Assembly (NCBI GenBank): GCA_963732385.1
Contig: CAVSZB010000007.1
Coordinates: 288,001 to 352,000, forward strand
Source of the DNA: an uncultured bacterium
GTDB lineage: Bacteria > Krumholzibacteriota > Krumholzibacteriia > LZORAL124-64-63
Reading direction: 5' to 3'
Length of the DNA: 64,000 nucleotides
The position numbers were made by a program, and so were the translations under genes. The first letter of the stretch is position 1. Every line of letters starts with the position of its first letter. Shown in pieces: positions 31,173 through 41,136 of this stretch. Below the pieces are notes generated by a model, which was not told the origin of the DNA, made no database searches, and worked only from the letters and a program-made list of their open reading frames with translations.

Positions 31173-32074
31173 CGAGGTCACTCGAGGTTGCCCTGGACCG
31201 CGAGCGGCGTGCCGTCGAGGCGGGGTTGCGGGGGTTGCTGGCCGGGGAGCGGGGCGTTCCGCCGCGTCTGCGCCGGGCCATGGCGCACAGCCTCTTCGGG
31301 GGTGGGAAGCGCCTGCGACCGGTGCTGTTGCTCTGGGCTTACGACGCCTGTCTGGACTGCGGCCGTGCGCCCGGGGTGACCCGCCGGGCGGCTCTCGATG
31401 CGGCGTGCGCGCTCGAGCTCATCCACACGTACTCCCTGATCCACGACGATCTGCCGGCGATGGACGATGATGTGCTGCGGCGGGGGAGGCCGACCTGCCA
31501 CGTGGCGTTCGACGAACCGACCGCCATTCTGGCCGGGGATGGGCTGCAGGCGCTGGCCTTCTGTGCCCTGGCGCGCCTTGGTCCCGGCGCGACCGGCGCC
31601 GCGGCGTTGATCGCGCGGGCCGCCGGCCCGGCCGGCATGGTCGGGGGGCAGCAGGACGACCTGGACGCCGAGGGGGTGGCGCCGCGTCCGGCGTTGATCC
31701 GCCGCATCCAGCGGCGCAAGACCGCCGCCCTGCTGGCGGCCGCGCTCGGCGCCGGGGGGGCCCTGGCCGGAGCGTCCGGGCCACGTGTGCGACGCCTGTT
31801 GGCTGCCGGCGATATCCTGGGCCAGGCGTTCCAGCAGGCGGATGATTTGCTCGATGCCTGCGGGAGTGCCGCCGTTGCCGGCAAGCACGTGGGCAAGGAC
31901 GCCGCCGCCGGCAAGATGACCTGGGTACGCCTGGAGGGGCCCGACCGCGCCTGCCGGCGCGCGGCGCGCGAGGGCCGATCCGGCCTGAGGCGGCTGCACG
32001 ACGCCGTGCCGCCCGGCCCGGCTGCGGAGCGGCTGCTGGCGCTGGCCGCGCGGCTCTGGAATCGGGATTGCTGA
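31169..32074 (+). CDS. ispA: Polyprenyl synthetase (FPP/GGPP synthase)
   Basis: 'GGKRLRP', FARM 'HDDLPAMDDD..RRG', SARM 'FQQADDLLD'. Confidence 0.9.
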   Translation: MTRSLEVALDRERRAVEAGLRGLLAGERGVPPRLRRAMAHSLFGGGKRLRPVLLLWAYDACLDCGRAPGVTRRAALDAACALELIHTYSLIHDDLPAMDDDVLRRGRPTCHVAFDEPTAILAGDGLQALAFCALARLGPGATGAAALIARAAGPAGMVGGQQDDLDAEGVAPRPALIRRIQRRKTAALLAAALGAGGALAGASGPRVRRLLAAGDILGQAFQQADDLLDACGSAAVAGKHVGKDAAAGKMTWVRLEGPDRACRRAAREGRSGLRRLHDAVPPGPAAERLLALAARLWNRDC

Positions 32075-32090
32075 CGGCCGGGGGAACAGC

Positions 32091-32531
32091 ATGCGGGAAT
32101 GGCCGATCTGGGCGCTTGTCTTCGCGTGTGGCGTCTTCAATCAGGTGGTCAAGTTCGTGGCTGCCTCGCTGCTGGGCCGGCGTCTGATGCTGCACGCGCT
32201 GACGGAAAGCGTCGGGCTGCCGAGTCTGCATGCCTCCGTGCTGTCCTGCTGCACCGTGCTGCTGGGGTTGCGCGCGGGGTGGGCCGCGCCCGAAACGTCG
32301 CTGGCGCTGGTCTTCGCCGTGATCGTCATCCACGACACCGTGCGCTTCAAGGGCTCGGCCCAGGAGCAGAGAACAGTCCTCTATCGGCTCGTGCAGGCCC
32401 TGCCGGAGGACGAACGGTTGCGGCGGCGGACGTCGTCGCTGTTGCAGGTCTGGGCCCATCGCCCGTTCCATGTTGCGGCGGGCGTCCTGTTCGGTCTACT
32501 TTTCGCCCTGATATGCGGTCTGCCTGTCTGA
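32091..32531 (+). CDS. Divergent PAP2 family (DUF212) membrane protein
   Basis: 'Q.VKF', 'GLPSLHAS', 'VIHD', 'HRPFHV..G'; usual position between ispA and dxs. Confidence 0.75.
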   Translation: MREWPIWALVFACGVFNQVVKFVAASLLGRRLMLHALTESVGLPSLHASVLSCCTVLLGLRAGWAAPETSLALVFAVIVIHDTVRFKGSAQEQRTVLYRLVQALPEDERLRRRTSSLLQVWAHRPFHVAAGVLFGLLFALICGLPV

Positions 32532-32562
32532 TTTCCCGCAGGCCCGGAGGAAGCACGACGCC

Positions 32563-34473
32563 ATGGACCCCATCCTGCCCCGGATCGACGGGCCTGCACC
32601 GCTCGCGGCTCTGAGTCGCGGGGAACTCGAGCAACTCTGTGCGGAGTTGCGCGAGGAGATCATCACGACCGTTTCGTGCACGGGCGGGCACCTTGGCGCC
32701 AGTCTGGGCGTCGTCGAACTGACCGTGGCGCTGCACCATGTCTTCCGTTCGCCGGAGGACAGGATCGTCTGGGATGTCGGCCACCAGGCCTACGGGCACA
32801 AACTGCTCACCGGGCGTCGCGAAGCCTTTCACACCCTGCGCCGGAAGGGGGGGGTGAGCGGTTTCCCTCGCCGCTCCGAGAGCCCTCACGACGCCTTCGG
32901 CGTGGGACATGCTTCCACCTCCATCAGCGCTGCGCTCGGCTACGCCAGGGCGCGCGACGCGCGCGGCGAGAAGCACCACGTGATCGCCGTCGTTGGCGAT
33001 GGCGCGCTGACCGGCGGGCTCGCCTACGAGGGACTCAACAACGCGGGGCAGCTCCAGACCGACGTACTCGTCGTCCTCAACGACAACGAGATGAGCATTT
33101 CTCCGAACGTGGGAGCGATCGCCAAACACCTGACGCGGATCACCTCCGGCCGGACCTATACGCGGCTCGAGGGGGGGATCTGGTCGCTGCTGGGCCGGGG
33201 ACCGTGGGGGCGCCGGCTGCAGATCCTGGCCGGACGCATCAAAGAGAGCCTGAAGCACCTGGTCGTTCCGACCATCCTCTTCGAAGAGCTCGGCTTCAAC
33301 TATTTCGGTCCGATCGACGGCCATGATCTGGGCCTGGTGATCGACACCCTCCGCGCGGTGCGCGAGCTCCACGGTCCGGTGTTGGTGCATCTCATCACAC
33401 GCAAGGGCAAAGGCTATGCCTTCGCCGAGCAGGACCAGCTCCGCTATCACGGCGTCGGCAGTTTCGACAAGGCCGAGGGGATCAAGAGCGCGCCGACGCC
33501 GGTACCGACCTACACCGAAGTATTCGGGCGGGCGCTCGTGGATCTGGCGCGCGCCGATCCGCGGGTGCATGCGATCACCGCGGCCATGCCTGAGGGGACC
33601 GGGCTCAACGCGTTCCGCAGCGAGTTCCCGGGCCGTTTCTACGACGTCGGCATCGCCGAGCAGCACGCCGTAACGTTCGCCGCCGGTCTTGCCTGCGCCG
33701 GACAGCGCCCGGTGGTGGCGGTCTACTCGACGTTTCTGCAGCGGGCCTTCGACCAGGTGATTCATGACGTGGCCCTGCAGGGACTGCCGGTGGTTTTCGC
33801 GATCGACCGGGGCGGGCTGGTCGGGGAGGATGGGCCCACCCACCATGGTGTGTTCGACATCTCCTATCTCCGGCTCATTCCCAACCTCGTGCTGATGGCG
33901 CCGAAGGACGAGAACGAACTGCGCCACATGCTGGCCACGGCGCTCGCCCGCGATGAGGGACCGACGGCGCTGCGCTATCCGCGCGGCGTTGGCCTGGGGG
34001 TGCCGCTCGCAGGGGCGCCGTCCGTGCTGCCGATCGGTCGCGCCGAGGTCCTCCGCGAAGGGGATGACGTCTGCCTGCTGGCGCTCGGCACGATGGTGCG
34101 GCCGGCCGTCGAGGCGGCACAGTGGCTGCAGCGCGCCGGCCTGTCCGCGACGGTGGTCAATTCCCGCTTTGTCAAGCCGCTCGACGAGGAACTGCTGGAA
34201 CGGCTGTGGGAGCGGCACAGGTTCGTCGTCACGGTGGAGGAGAACACGGTCTGCGGCGGGTTCGGATCGGCTGTGCTCGAGTGGGCGGCCGGTCGCCCGC
34301 TCGCATCGCCGGTGCGCGTGCTTACGCTCGGCGTGCCGGACCGTTTCATCGAGCAGGCGTCGCGCGAGGACCAGCTTGCCGAGGCCGGCCTGGTCGGCGA
34401 ACAGATCGGCGCACGCATTTTGCAGGAATTAACCAGCGCGGCCCCGCCGCGCCAGGCGCGGTCGGCATCCTGA
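32563..34473 (+). CDS. dxs: 1-deoxy-D-xylulose-5-phosphate synthase
   Basis: 'GGHLGASLG', 'WDVGHQAY', 'GDGALTGG', 'IAEQHAV', 'DGPTHHG'. Confidence 0.98.
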   Translation: MDPILPRIDGPAPLAALSRGELEQLCAELREEIITTVSCTGGHLGASLGVVELTVALHHVFRSPEDRIVWDVGHQAYGHKLLTGRREAFHTLRRKGGVSGFPRRSESPHDAFGVGHASTSISAALGYARARDARGEKHHVIAVVGDGALTGGLAYEGLNNAGQLQTDVLVVLNDNEMSISPNVGAIAKHLTRITSGRTYTRLEGGIWSLLGRGPWGRRLQILAGRIKESLKHLVVPTILFEELGFNYFGPIDGHDLGLVIDTLRAVRELHGPVLVHLITRKGKGYAFAEQDQLRYHGVGSFDKAEGIKSAPTPVPTYTEVFGRALVDLARADPRVHAITAAMPEGTGLNAFRSEFPGRFYDVGIAEQHAVTFAAGLACAGQRPVVAVYSTFLQRAFDQVIHDVALQGLPVVFAIDRGGLVGEDGPTHHGVFDISYLRLIPNLVLMAPKDENELRHMLATALARDEGPTALRYPRGVGLGVPLAGAPSVLPIGRAEVLREGDDVCLLALGTMVRPAVEAAQWLQRAGLSATVVNSRFVKPLDEELLERLWERHRFVVTVEENTVCGGFGSAVLEWAAGRPLASPVRVLTLGVPDRFIEQASREDQLAEAGLVGEQIGARILQELTSAAPPRQARSAS

Positions 34474-34488
34474 CAACGCGGAGGCGGG

Positions 34489-35376
34489 ATGGGGATCCGG
34501 ACCCTCGGTCTGTTCGGCGGCTCGGGGCGGCCCCGCGGCGAGATCGCCGATGCGGTGGCGGTGATCATCGGGCGCTGCGCTGTAGCCGGCGTGCGTGTGA
34601 TCTGCGGCACGGAACTGGCGCAGGCCGTGTCCGACTCCGACCCGGGGCTGGCGGCCGCCGATCTGGTCCGCGAAGCTGACGTGGTGGTCGCGCTGGGCGG
34701 CGACGGGACGATGCTCCAGGCGGCCCGCGCAATCGGTGATTCGTGCCGACCGCTGCTCGGCATCAACCTCGGCTCGCTGGGCTATCTCACAGATGTGCCG
34801 CTGGACAACCTGCCCGAGGCGATCGACCGTCTCCTCCGCGGCGACTACTTTCTGAGCGAGCGGTACCGCGTCAGCGCCCAGGCTTGGCGGGGGAAAGACC
34901 GGCTCGCGGCCCTGTCGGCGCTCAACGACATCGTCGTGAACATGGGGCCCCGGCCGCGCGCGCTCGACATGGAGGTGCGCGTGGACGGCGCCTCGCTGAG
35001 CCGCTTCCTCGGCGACGGCCTCATCGTCAGCACGCCGACCGGCTCCACGGCCTACAATTTGGCGGCGGGTGGTCCGATCTGCCATCCCGCGGTGGCGGCA
35101 ATCCTGGTCACGCCGATCTGTCCGCACAGCCTCGGGATGCGGCCCCTGATCGTGCCGAACGAGAAGGACATCGAACTGGTGCTCCACGAGGTCGGCTCAC
35201 GGGCCACTCTCACGGCGGACGGACGGCACGCGGTGTCGCTGCAGGCCGGGGACCGGGTTGTCTACCGGCTGGCTGATGACTGGGTCCATCTCGTGAAGTT
35301 TGACCAGAGCAATTTCTTTGAAGTCATGCGGAGCAAACTCAACTACGGCGCCCCTTCCCGCCACGGCAAGAGCTGA
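34489..35376 (+). CDS. nadK: NAD(+) kinase
   Basis: 'LGGDGTML', 'GINLGSLGYL', 'ALND', 'DGLIVSTPTGSTAYNLAAGGP'. Confidence 0.95.
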   Translation: MGIRTLGLFGGSGRPRGEIADAVAVIIGRCAVAGVRVICGTELAQAVSDSDPGLAAADLVREADVVVALGGDGTMLQAARAIGDSCRPLLGINLGSLGYLTDVPLDNLPEAIDRLLRGDYFLSERYRVSAQAWRGKDRLAALSALNDIVVNMGPRPRALDMEVRVDGASLSRFLGDGLIVSTPTGSTAYNLAAGGPICHPAVAAILVTPICPHSLGMRPLIVPNEKDIELVLHEVGSRATLTADGRHAVSLQAGDRVVYRLADDWVHLVKFDQSNFFEVMRSKLNYGAPSRHGKS

Positions 35377-35377
35377 C

Positions 35378-37096
35378 ATGCTCAGTGAATTGCGCATCGG
35401 CCGGCTGGCCATCGTCGACGAACTTACGATTCCGTTCGGGCCCGGTCTGACGGTGCTGACGGGGGAGACCGGCGCCGGGAAGTCGCTCGTGGCTGGCGCG
35501 CTCGCCCTGCTGTGCGGCGGCCCTGTGCCCAAGGGGCTCATCCGCGAGGGGGAGGAGTGCGGCTGGGTCGAGGGTGTGTTCGATCTTGGCGAGGCGCCGG
35601 CGCAGCGCGAGGCGATGGCCCGGGCCGGCATTCGCGTGGGGGCCGACGGCGTGCTGGTCCTGCGTCGCGAATTGCGGCTGCTGGGGCGCAGCCGGGTGCT
35701 GATCAACGGCTTGATCTCCTCGGTCGCCCTGCTGGAACAGATCGGTCCCCGCCTGCTCACGATCCAGAGCCAGGATCAGCAGCGCGAGTTGGCGGATGCC
35801 TCGTTCGCGCGCGATCTCCTGGACGAGATGAGCGGCGCGGGGGCGTTGCGCGAGGAGGTCCGGGAGTCCTGGGGGGCGTTCCGCGCCGCGGAGTCGGTCC
35901 TGGCTGGCAGACGCAGCGAAGAAGCGCTGGCGGCGGGGCAACTCGACCTCTGGAGTTACCAGTTGCGGGAGCTGACGGAGGCTGCCCTGGAGGAGGGCGA
36001 AGAGGAGGCGCTGGCGGAGGAATTGATCGTCAAGCGGCACGCCGGAGCGCTCCAGGGTGGTTGCGAAGCGGCTCTCGAACGCCTTGACGGGGCCGAGTCG
36101 CCCGCGCGGGAAGACTTGGGAGCCGCCATTTCCGCGCTGCGTGCATTGAAGGGCAAGAGCCGGCGCGTGTCCGAGGCGCTGGGCGATCTCGAGGGGGCGG
36201 AGGACGCCCTGTCGGGGGCGGTGACTAAATTGCGTCACTTCCTCGATGCGCTCGAGCTCGATGCCGCCGGTCTCGATGAGATCGAGACCCGCAAGGCGCT
36301 GTACGAGGAGCTGCGTCGGAAATACCGCCGCGATACGTCCGGGCTGCTGCGGCTGCGGGACGAACTGCAGGAACGGGTTGCGCGTCAGGATACGGCCGAC
36401 CACGATCTGGCGCAGCTGGCCGCCGCGGTCGAGAACTGCCGCGGCCGGCTCTGCGCTGCCGTGACGCTTCTGCACGACCGACGCCTGCAGCAGGCGCCAG
36501 CCATCGCGCGGCGGGCGGTTGAACGGATCCGGCCACTCGCCCTGCCGGCGTTGGAACTCACTTTTGCCGTCAAGCCCCGCACCGCGACCGATGGGTCGAT
36601 CGAAGTGGAGGGCCGGCGCTGCGACGTGGGCCCGGACGGCGCCGACCGGGTCACGATGCTCGTGCGGACCAACCGGGGCGAACGCATGGGGGAGGCGGGC
36701 GCCATCGCCTCCGGCGGTGAGCGCTCCCGCATCCATCTCGGTCTGGTATCGCTGCGGCGGGGCGGTCCGGAGCCGGGCCTGCTGCTCTGCGACGAAATCG
36801 ACGCGGGGCTGGGGATGGACGCCGCGGGTCCCGTGGCGCAGCTCCTGCGCGAACTGGCGGCGACCGGGCCGGTTGTCTGCATCACGCATCTGCCGACGCT
36901 GGCCGTCTACGGCGATGTCCACCTCTGCGCGGCCAAGGTGGAGAGAGATGGCCGCACCGTCCTGACGATCACGGCACTCGAGGACGAGGCGCGGGTGATC
37001 GAGATCGCGCGCCTGCTCGGCGGCGAGGGGGCGGCCGCGGCCCCGGTGCGTCGTTCGTATGCGGAGGCGCTGCTGGCGCAGGCTGGCCGGGAGTGA
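35378..37096 (+). CDS. recN: DNA repair protein RecN
   Basis: 'LTGETGAGKS', coiled coil, 'ASGGERSR', 'DEIDAG', 'CITHLP', 'EIARLLGG'. Confidence 0.93.
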   Translation: MLSELRIGRLAIVDELTIPFGPGLTVLTGETGAGKSLVAGALALLCGGPVPKGLIREGEECGWVEGVFDLGEAPAQREAMARAGIRVGADGVLVLRRELRLLGRSRVLINGLISSVALLEQIGPRLLTIQSQDQQRELADASFARDLLDEMSGAGALREEVRESWGAFRAAESVLAGRRSEEALAAGQLDLWSYQLRELTEAALEEGEEEALAEELIVKRHAGALQGGCEAALERLDGAESPAREDLGAAISALRALKGKSRRVSEALGDLEGAEDALSGAVTKLRHFLDALELDAAGLDEIETRKALYEELRRKYRRDTSGLLRLRDELQERVARQDTADHDLAQLAAAVENCRGRLCAAVTLLHDRRLQQAPAIARRAVERIRPLALPALELTFAVKPRTATDGSIEVEGRRCDVGPDGADRVTMLVRTNRGERMGEAGAIASGGERSRIHLGLVSLRRGGPEPGLLLCDEIDAGLGMDAAGPVAQLLRELAATGPVVCITHLPTLAVYGDVHLCAAKVERDGRTVLTITALEDEARVIEIARLLGGEGAAAAPVRRSYAEALLAQAGRE

Positions 37097-37174
37097 GCGG
37101 AGGGGTGGCGTCAGGAGCGAATTGAAGGTTGATTTAGGTACCTGCGGCGACGATACTACCGTCGCGGTCCGGGT

Positions 37175-37251
37175 GCGCCCGTAGCTCAGCTGGATAGAGC
37201 ACCAGCCTCCGGAGCTGGGGGTCGGAGGTTCGAATCCTCTCGGGCGTACCA
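37175..37251 (+). tRNA. tRNA-Arg(CCG)
   Basis: GCGCCCG...CGGGCGT-ACCA, anticodon loop CTCCGGA. Confidence 0.96.
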
Positions 37252-37288
37252 CCTCTTTCCCGCAATCGTTCCGTGACCAAGAATCGCC

Positions 37289-37672
37289 ATGCTGCTACCG
37301 AAACCCACTTCTGTGCGCCGGCCCCGGCTCGGCTTGCACTCCGGGATTCTGGATCGTGGGGGCGATCTGCCGTTGCGGCAGTACCGGCGTTGCCGTCAGG
37401 CCCTGTGGAGCGGCACGACCCAGGCGGTGGTCCTGGGGGCTTTGGCGATCTCCCTGATGCTGTTCGCGCGGAGTCTCCTGACCCTCTTCGCCAGCCATGG
37501 GTCGGGAGGCAATTCGTGGCATCCGTGGCTCGTTCTGGGCCTCCTTGCGGTCGTCATCCTGATAACCCTGCGGCGACTTTTTAACCGCCTGCGGGAATTA
37601 CGCGCCCTCCGGGTCGAACTGGCCGCGTTGAAAGCGCAGGTGCAGGGGGATCCCGGCGCTCCTGAGGCCTGA
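37289..37672 (+). CDS. Hypothetical two-TM membrane protein
   Basis: Two hydrophobic segments and a C-terminal coiled coil; fills the gap between the tRNA and the DGC gene. Confidence 0.55.
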   Translation: MLLPKPTSVRRPRLGLHSGILDRGGDLPLRQYRRCRQALWSGTTQAVVLGALAISLMLFARSLLTLFASHGSGGNSWHPWLVLGLLAVVILITLRRLFNRLRELRALRVELAALKAQVQGDPGAPEA

Positions 37673-37695
37673 TCCGGCCCCAGGAATCCCCCTTC

Positions 37696-37711
37696 TGGCA
37701 CCTTCCTTGCT
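37696..37711 (+). promoter_or_regulatory. Sigma54 (-24/-12) promoter
   Basis: TGGCAC-CTTCC-TTGCT, exact match to TGGCAC-N5-TTGCW, about 40 nt before the DGC start. Confidence 0.75.
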
Positions 37712-37752
37712 CATTCGCGGGGGGCCAAACGCGCCAGGCACGGGGGATGTGC

Positions 37753-38796
37753 ATGTCCGACACGAAAAATGTCGACCTGCTTTTCGACACTTTCCTTGAA
37801 ATCTCGAGCCTGATGCGGGCCGGGGGCAACAAGGAAGCGATTCTGACCCAGACTCTGCGCTGCGCGCATCAACTGCTGGGCTCTTCGCTCATCCATCTGC
37901 TTATTCTGGAAAAAGATACGGTTGTCAGATACATCCTGGCGGAGGACCAGGGCGGCAAGGTCAGCATCACCATCGAAAGCCTCGAACAGCGGCCGGGGAT
38001 CGTGAACTGGATCGTGCACGAGCACACGGCTGCCCTCTGGGGATCGGAGGGTGGCAATTCGATCGTACCGATTCCGGCGGTCGGCTGGTTGCGGATTCCC
38101 CACGACAAGAGTCTGATCACCGCTCCCCTTAGCACACGGACCCGGCGACTCGGCATCATGATGGCCTTTCGGGAAAGCGGATGTTTCACGCGTGAGGACC
38201 TGAAACTGCTCAAGGTGCTGGCCGGCCAGGTGGCCGTGGCGGTCGAGAATGCGGAACTTTACAAGCAGATCGAAGAGCAGGCGATCACTGACGGGCTCAC
38301 GCGGGTCTTCAACTACCGGTACTTCATGGAGGTGCTCGGGCGCGAGATCGAGCGTGGAAAGCGTTTCCAGGAGGGACTCTGCCTGCTGATGCTCGATGTC
38401 GACAATCTCAAGACGTACAATGATGCTTTCGGGCATCTGGCCGGCAGCCGGTCCCTGAGCGAACTGGCGGACCTCCTGCGGCTGGCGGCGCGGAACGTCG
38501 ATATTCTGGCCAAGTACGGTGGCGACGAGTTCGCGATCATTTTGCCGCACACGGAGGCGGACGGCGCCGTCCAGTTCGCTCGCCGGGTGATCGAGGCGGT
38601 TGGCGCGCATGCCTTCGAGGGCGATCCCCGAAAGCGGTTGACCATCTCCATGGGCATTGCTACGTTCCCACAGTCCGCTCAGGACGGCACCAATCTGCTG
38701 AAAATGGCTGATAGGGCCCTCTATCAGGCCAAGCACAACGGGAAAAATCGCTACGCGGTCATCTATAGCCCAGCCGTTGATGTCGTCTACACGTAA
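37753..38796 (+). CDS. GAF-GGDEF diguanylate cyclase
   Basis: GAF ending 'AVAVENAELY', 'TDGLTRVFN', 'KYGGDEF' with an RxxD I-site (RNVD). Confidence 0.93.
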   Translation: MSDTKNVDLLFDTFLEISSLMRAGGNKEAILTQTLRCAHQLLGSSLIHLLILEKDTVVRYILAEDQGGKVSITIESLEQRPGIVNWIVHEHTAALWGSEGGNSIVPIPAVGWLRIPHDKSLITAPLSTRTRRLGIMMAFRESGCFTREDLKLLKVLAGQVAVAVENAELYKQIEEQAITDGLTRVFNYRYFMEVLGREIERGKRFQEGLCLLMLDVDNLKTYNDAFGHLAGSRSLSELADLLRLAARNVDILAKYGGDEFAIILPHTEADGAVQFARRVIEAVGAHAFEGDPRKRLTISMGIATFPQSAQDGTNLLKMADRALYQAKHNGKNRYAVIYSPAVDVVYT

Positions 38797-38833
38797 GGGT
38801 GCTCCGGAGTGGGCACGTCGTGGAAAGGACCGC

Positions 38834-40129
38834 ATGGATACGCGCGCGAAATTCGAGAGCCGAGAATCGCATCTCGGGGTGATCGGGCTGGGCTACGTCG
38901 GTCTGCCCCTGGCCATCGGCTACGCCAAGGCCGGTTTCCGCGTCACCGGTTACGATCTGGTCGCCGAAAAAGTCGACACCCTGATGCGGGGCGACAGCTA
39001 CATCATCGATGTACCGGCGGCGGATGTGGCCGAGATGGTCAGGTCAGGCCGTTTCCGCGCCACCACCGATCCGGCCTTCCTGGCCGAAGTGGACAGCGTG
39101 AACATCTGCGTGCCGACCCCGCTGAGCAAGACGCGCGATCCGGACATCACGTACATCCAGAACGCGGTGGAGGCGATTGCGCCGCACATGCACCGGGGCA
39201 TGCTGATCATCCTCGAGAGCACGACTTACCCCGGCACGACCGAGGAGATCATCCTGCCGCGCCTGGCGGAATCGGGCCTGAAAGTGGGCGAGGACTTTTT
39301 CCTGGCGTTTTCGCCCGAGCGGGTCGATCCGGGCAATCCCCGGTTCAACACCATCAACATTCCCAAGGTCGTGGGCGGGATCACCCCGTACTGCACGCAG
39401 GCCGCGGTCGCGCTTTACAGCCAGGTGATGGAGCGGGTGGTGCCGGTCTCCTCGGCTCGTGTGGCGGAGACCGTGAAACTGCTGGAGAACACGTATCGCA
39501 GTGTCAATATCGGGTTGGTCAACGAAATCGCCATCATGTGCAAGTCGCTCGATATCGACGTGTGGGAGGTCATCAGGGCTGCCGCGACGAAGCCGTTCGG
39601 CTTCATGCCGTTCTATCCCGGACCAGGGTTGGGGGGGCATTGCATCCCCATCGATCCGTTCTATCTGGCCTGGAAGGCGAAGCTGGCCGGTTCGGAGGCG
39701 CGCTTCATCGAACTGGCGGGTCAGATCAACGGTGGCATGCCGCGCCATGTGGTCGGTCTCGTGGCCGAAGCGCTCAACCGTCAACGCAAACCGATCAACG
39801 GCAGCCGAGTGCTGGTGGTCGGCGTGGCGTACAAGCCGGACATCGACGACGTGCGGGAGTCGCCATCCCTCGATATCATGGAGTTGCTGCACAAGCAAGG
39901 GGCCGCGGTGCAGTGGTACGATCCCCTGGTGACGGGCCTCGAGGGGACGTTCGCCGGCCACAAGCTCGCCGTTTGGGACAAGGCCACGCTGGCGCGCTTC
40001 GACGCCGCGGTCATCGTGACCGCGCACAAGGCGGTGGAACACGACCTGCTGCTGCAGGCTGGCATCGCCGTCGTGGACACGCGCAACGCGCTGTCAGGTC
40101 ACGAGGCGCCGCAATTGGTCCGGATCTGA
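38834..40129 (+). CDS. Nucleotide sugar dehydrogenase (UDP-GlcNAc 6-dehydrogenase type)
   Basis: 'GLGYVGLP', 'CVPTP', 'ESTTYPGTT', 'SPERVDPG', 'GPGLGGHCIP', 'RESP'. Confidence 0.95.
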   Translation: MDTRAKFESRESHLGVIGLGYVGLPLAIGYAKAGFRVTGYDLVAEKVDTLMRGDSYIIDVPAADVAEMVRSGRFRATTDPAFLAEVDSVNICVPTPLSKTRDPDITYIQNAVEAIAPHMHRGMLIILESTTYPGTTEEIILPRLAESGLKVGEDFFLAFSPERVDPGNPRFNTINIPKVVGGITPYCTQAAVALYSQVMERVVPVSSARVAETVKLLENTYRSVNIGLVNEIAIMCKSLDIDVWEVIRAAATKPFGFMPFYPGPGLGGHCIPIDPFYLAWKAKLAGSEARFIELAGQINGGMPRHVVGLVAEALNRQRKPINGSRVLVVGVAYKPDIDDVRESPSLDIMELLHKQGAAVQWYDPLVTGLEGTFAGHKLAVWDKATLARFDAAVIVTAHKAVEHDLLLQAGIAVVDTRNALSGHEAPQLVRI

Positions 40130-40162
40130 CCAGCGGGCGCGCCGCGCGCGCCGGGGGGGACG

Positions 40163-41101
40163 ATGACACGAGTTCTGGTGACGGGCGGAGCCGGCTTCAT
40201 CGGTTCGCATCTGGTGGATGCTTTGGTCGAGCGGGGCGACGAGGTTGTCGTTCTCGACAACCTCTCCACGGGCAAGCTGACCAACCTCGCGGTGGTGCTT
40301 GACCGGCTCCGTTTTGTCGAGGCCTCCATCACGGACCTGTCGGCCGTGAAGGAGTGCTGCGCCGGCGTCGACACAGTGTTCCACCAGGCGGCGCTGGCCT
40401 CCGTGCCGCGCAGCGTCAACGATCCGATCGCCTCGAACGAGACGAACGTGACCGGCACGCTTAATGTGCTGTGGGCCGCGAAGGAGTGCGGAGTCCGGCG
40501 GGTAGTGTACGCCGCCAGCAGTTCGGCTTATGGCGACACGGAGGTGTTGCCGAAGCGCGAGGACATGCCGGCGGATCCGCTCTCGCCCTATGCGGTGAAC
40601 AAATATGTCGGCGAACTCTACTGTGCGGTGTTCGACCGACTTTACGGTCTTAGCACCGTCGGTCTGCGCTATTTCAACGTGTTCGGCCCGCGGCAGGATC
40701 CGCAGAGTCAGTATGCCGCGGTCGTGCCGATCTTCATCACCCGTCTGCTGGCCGGCGAGGCGCCGGTCATTTACGGTGACGGTGAGCAGTCGCGCGATTT
40801 CACCTACATCCGCAACGTGGTGGCCGCGAATCTGCTTGCGGCTGCGGCCCCGAAAACCGGCGGGCAGACCGTGAACATCGCCTGCGGGGACCGCATCAGT
40901 CTGAACGATCTCTTCGCCAGGCTGCGCGGCCTTGTGGGGAGCGAACTGTCGCCTGTTTACGGCCCCGCGCGCGCTGGAGACGTGAAGCACTCGCAGGCCG
41001 ACATCGCCGCGGCGGCGCGACTGATCGGCTTCCGGCCCGAGGTGGGGGTTGAGGAGGGGTTGCGGGAGACGGTGGCGTGGTACCGGGCGCAAGGCGTATG
41101 A
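40163..41101 (+). CDS. NAD-dependent epimerase/dehydratase (WbpP-like SDR)
   Basis: 'TGGAGFIGS', 'HQAALASVPRS', 'YAVNK', 'RYFNVFGPRQ'. Confidence 0.95.
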   Translation: MTRVLVTGGAGFIGSHLVDALVERGDEVVVLDNLSTGKLTNLAVVLDRLRFVEASITDLSAVKECCAGVDTVFHQAALASVPRSVNDPIASNETNVTGTLNVLWAAKECGVRRVVYAASSSAYGDTEVLPKREDMPADPLSPYAVNKYVGELYCAVFDRLYGLSTVGLRYFNVFGPRQDPQSQYAAVVPIFITRLLAGEAPVIYGDGEQSRDFTYIRNVVAANLLAAAAPKTGGQTVNIACGDRISLNDLFARLRGLVGSELSPVYGPARAGDVKHSQADIAAAARLIGFRPEVGVEEGLRETVAWYRAQGV

Positions 41102-41136
41102 GCGCGACGGGACGACCGGCGCGGGGAGGTCGCGAC

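Noticed and set aside
30259..35376. xseA/xseB and tlyA absent from the folD-ispA-dxs-nadK-recN block
   Set aside because: Ordinary lineage-level variation in gene order; no remnant is visible.
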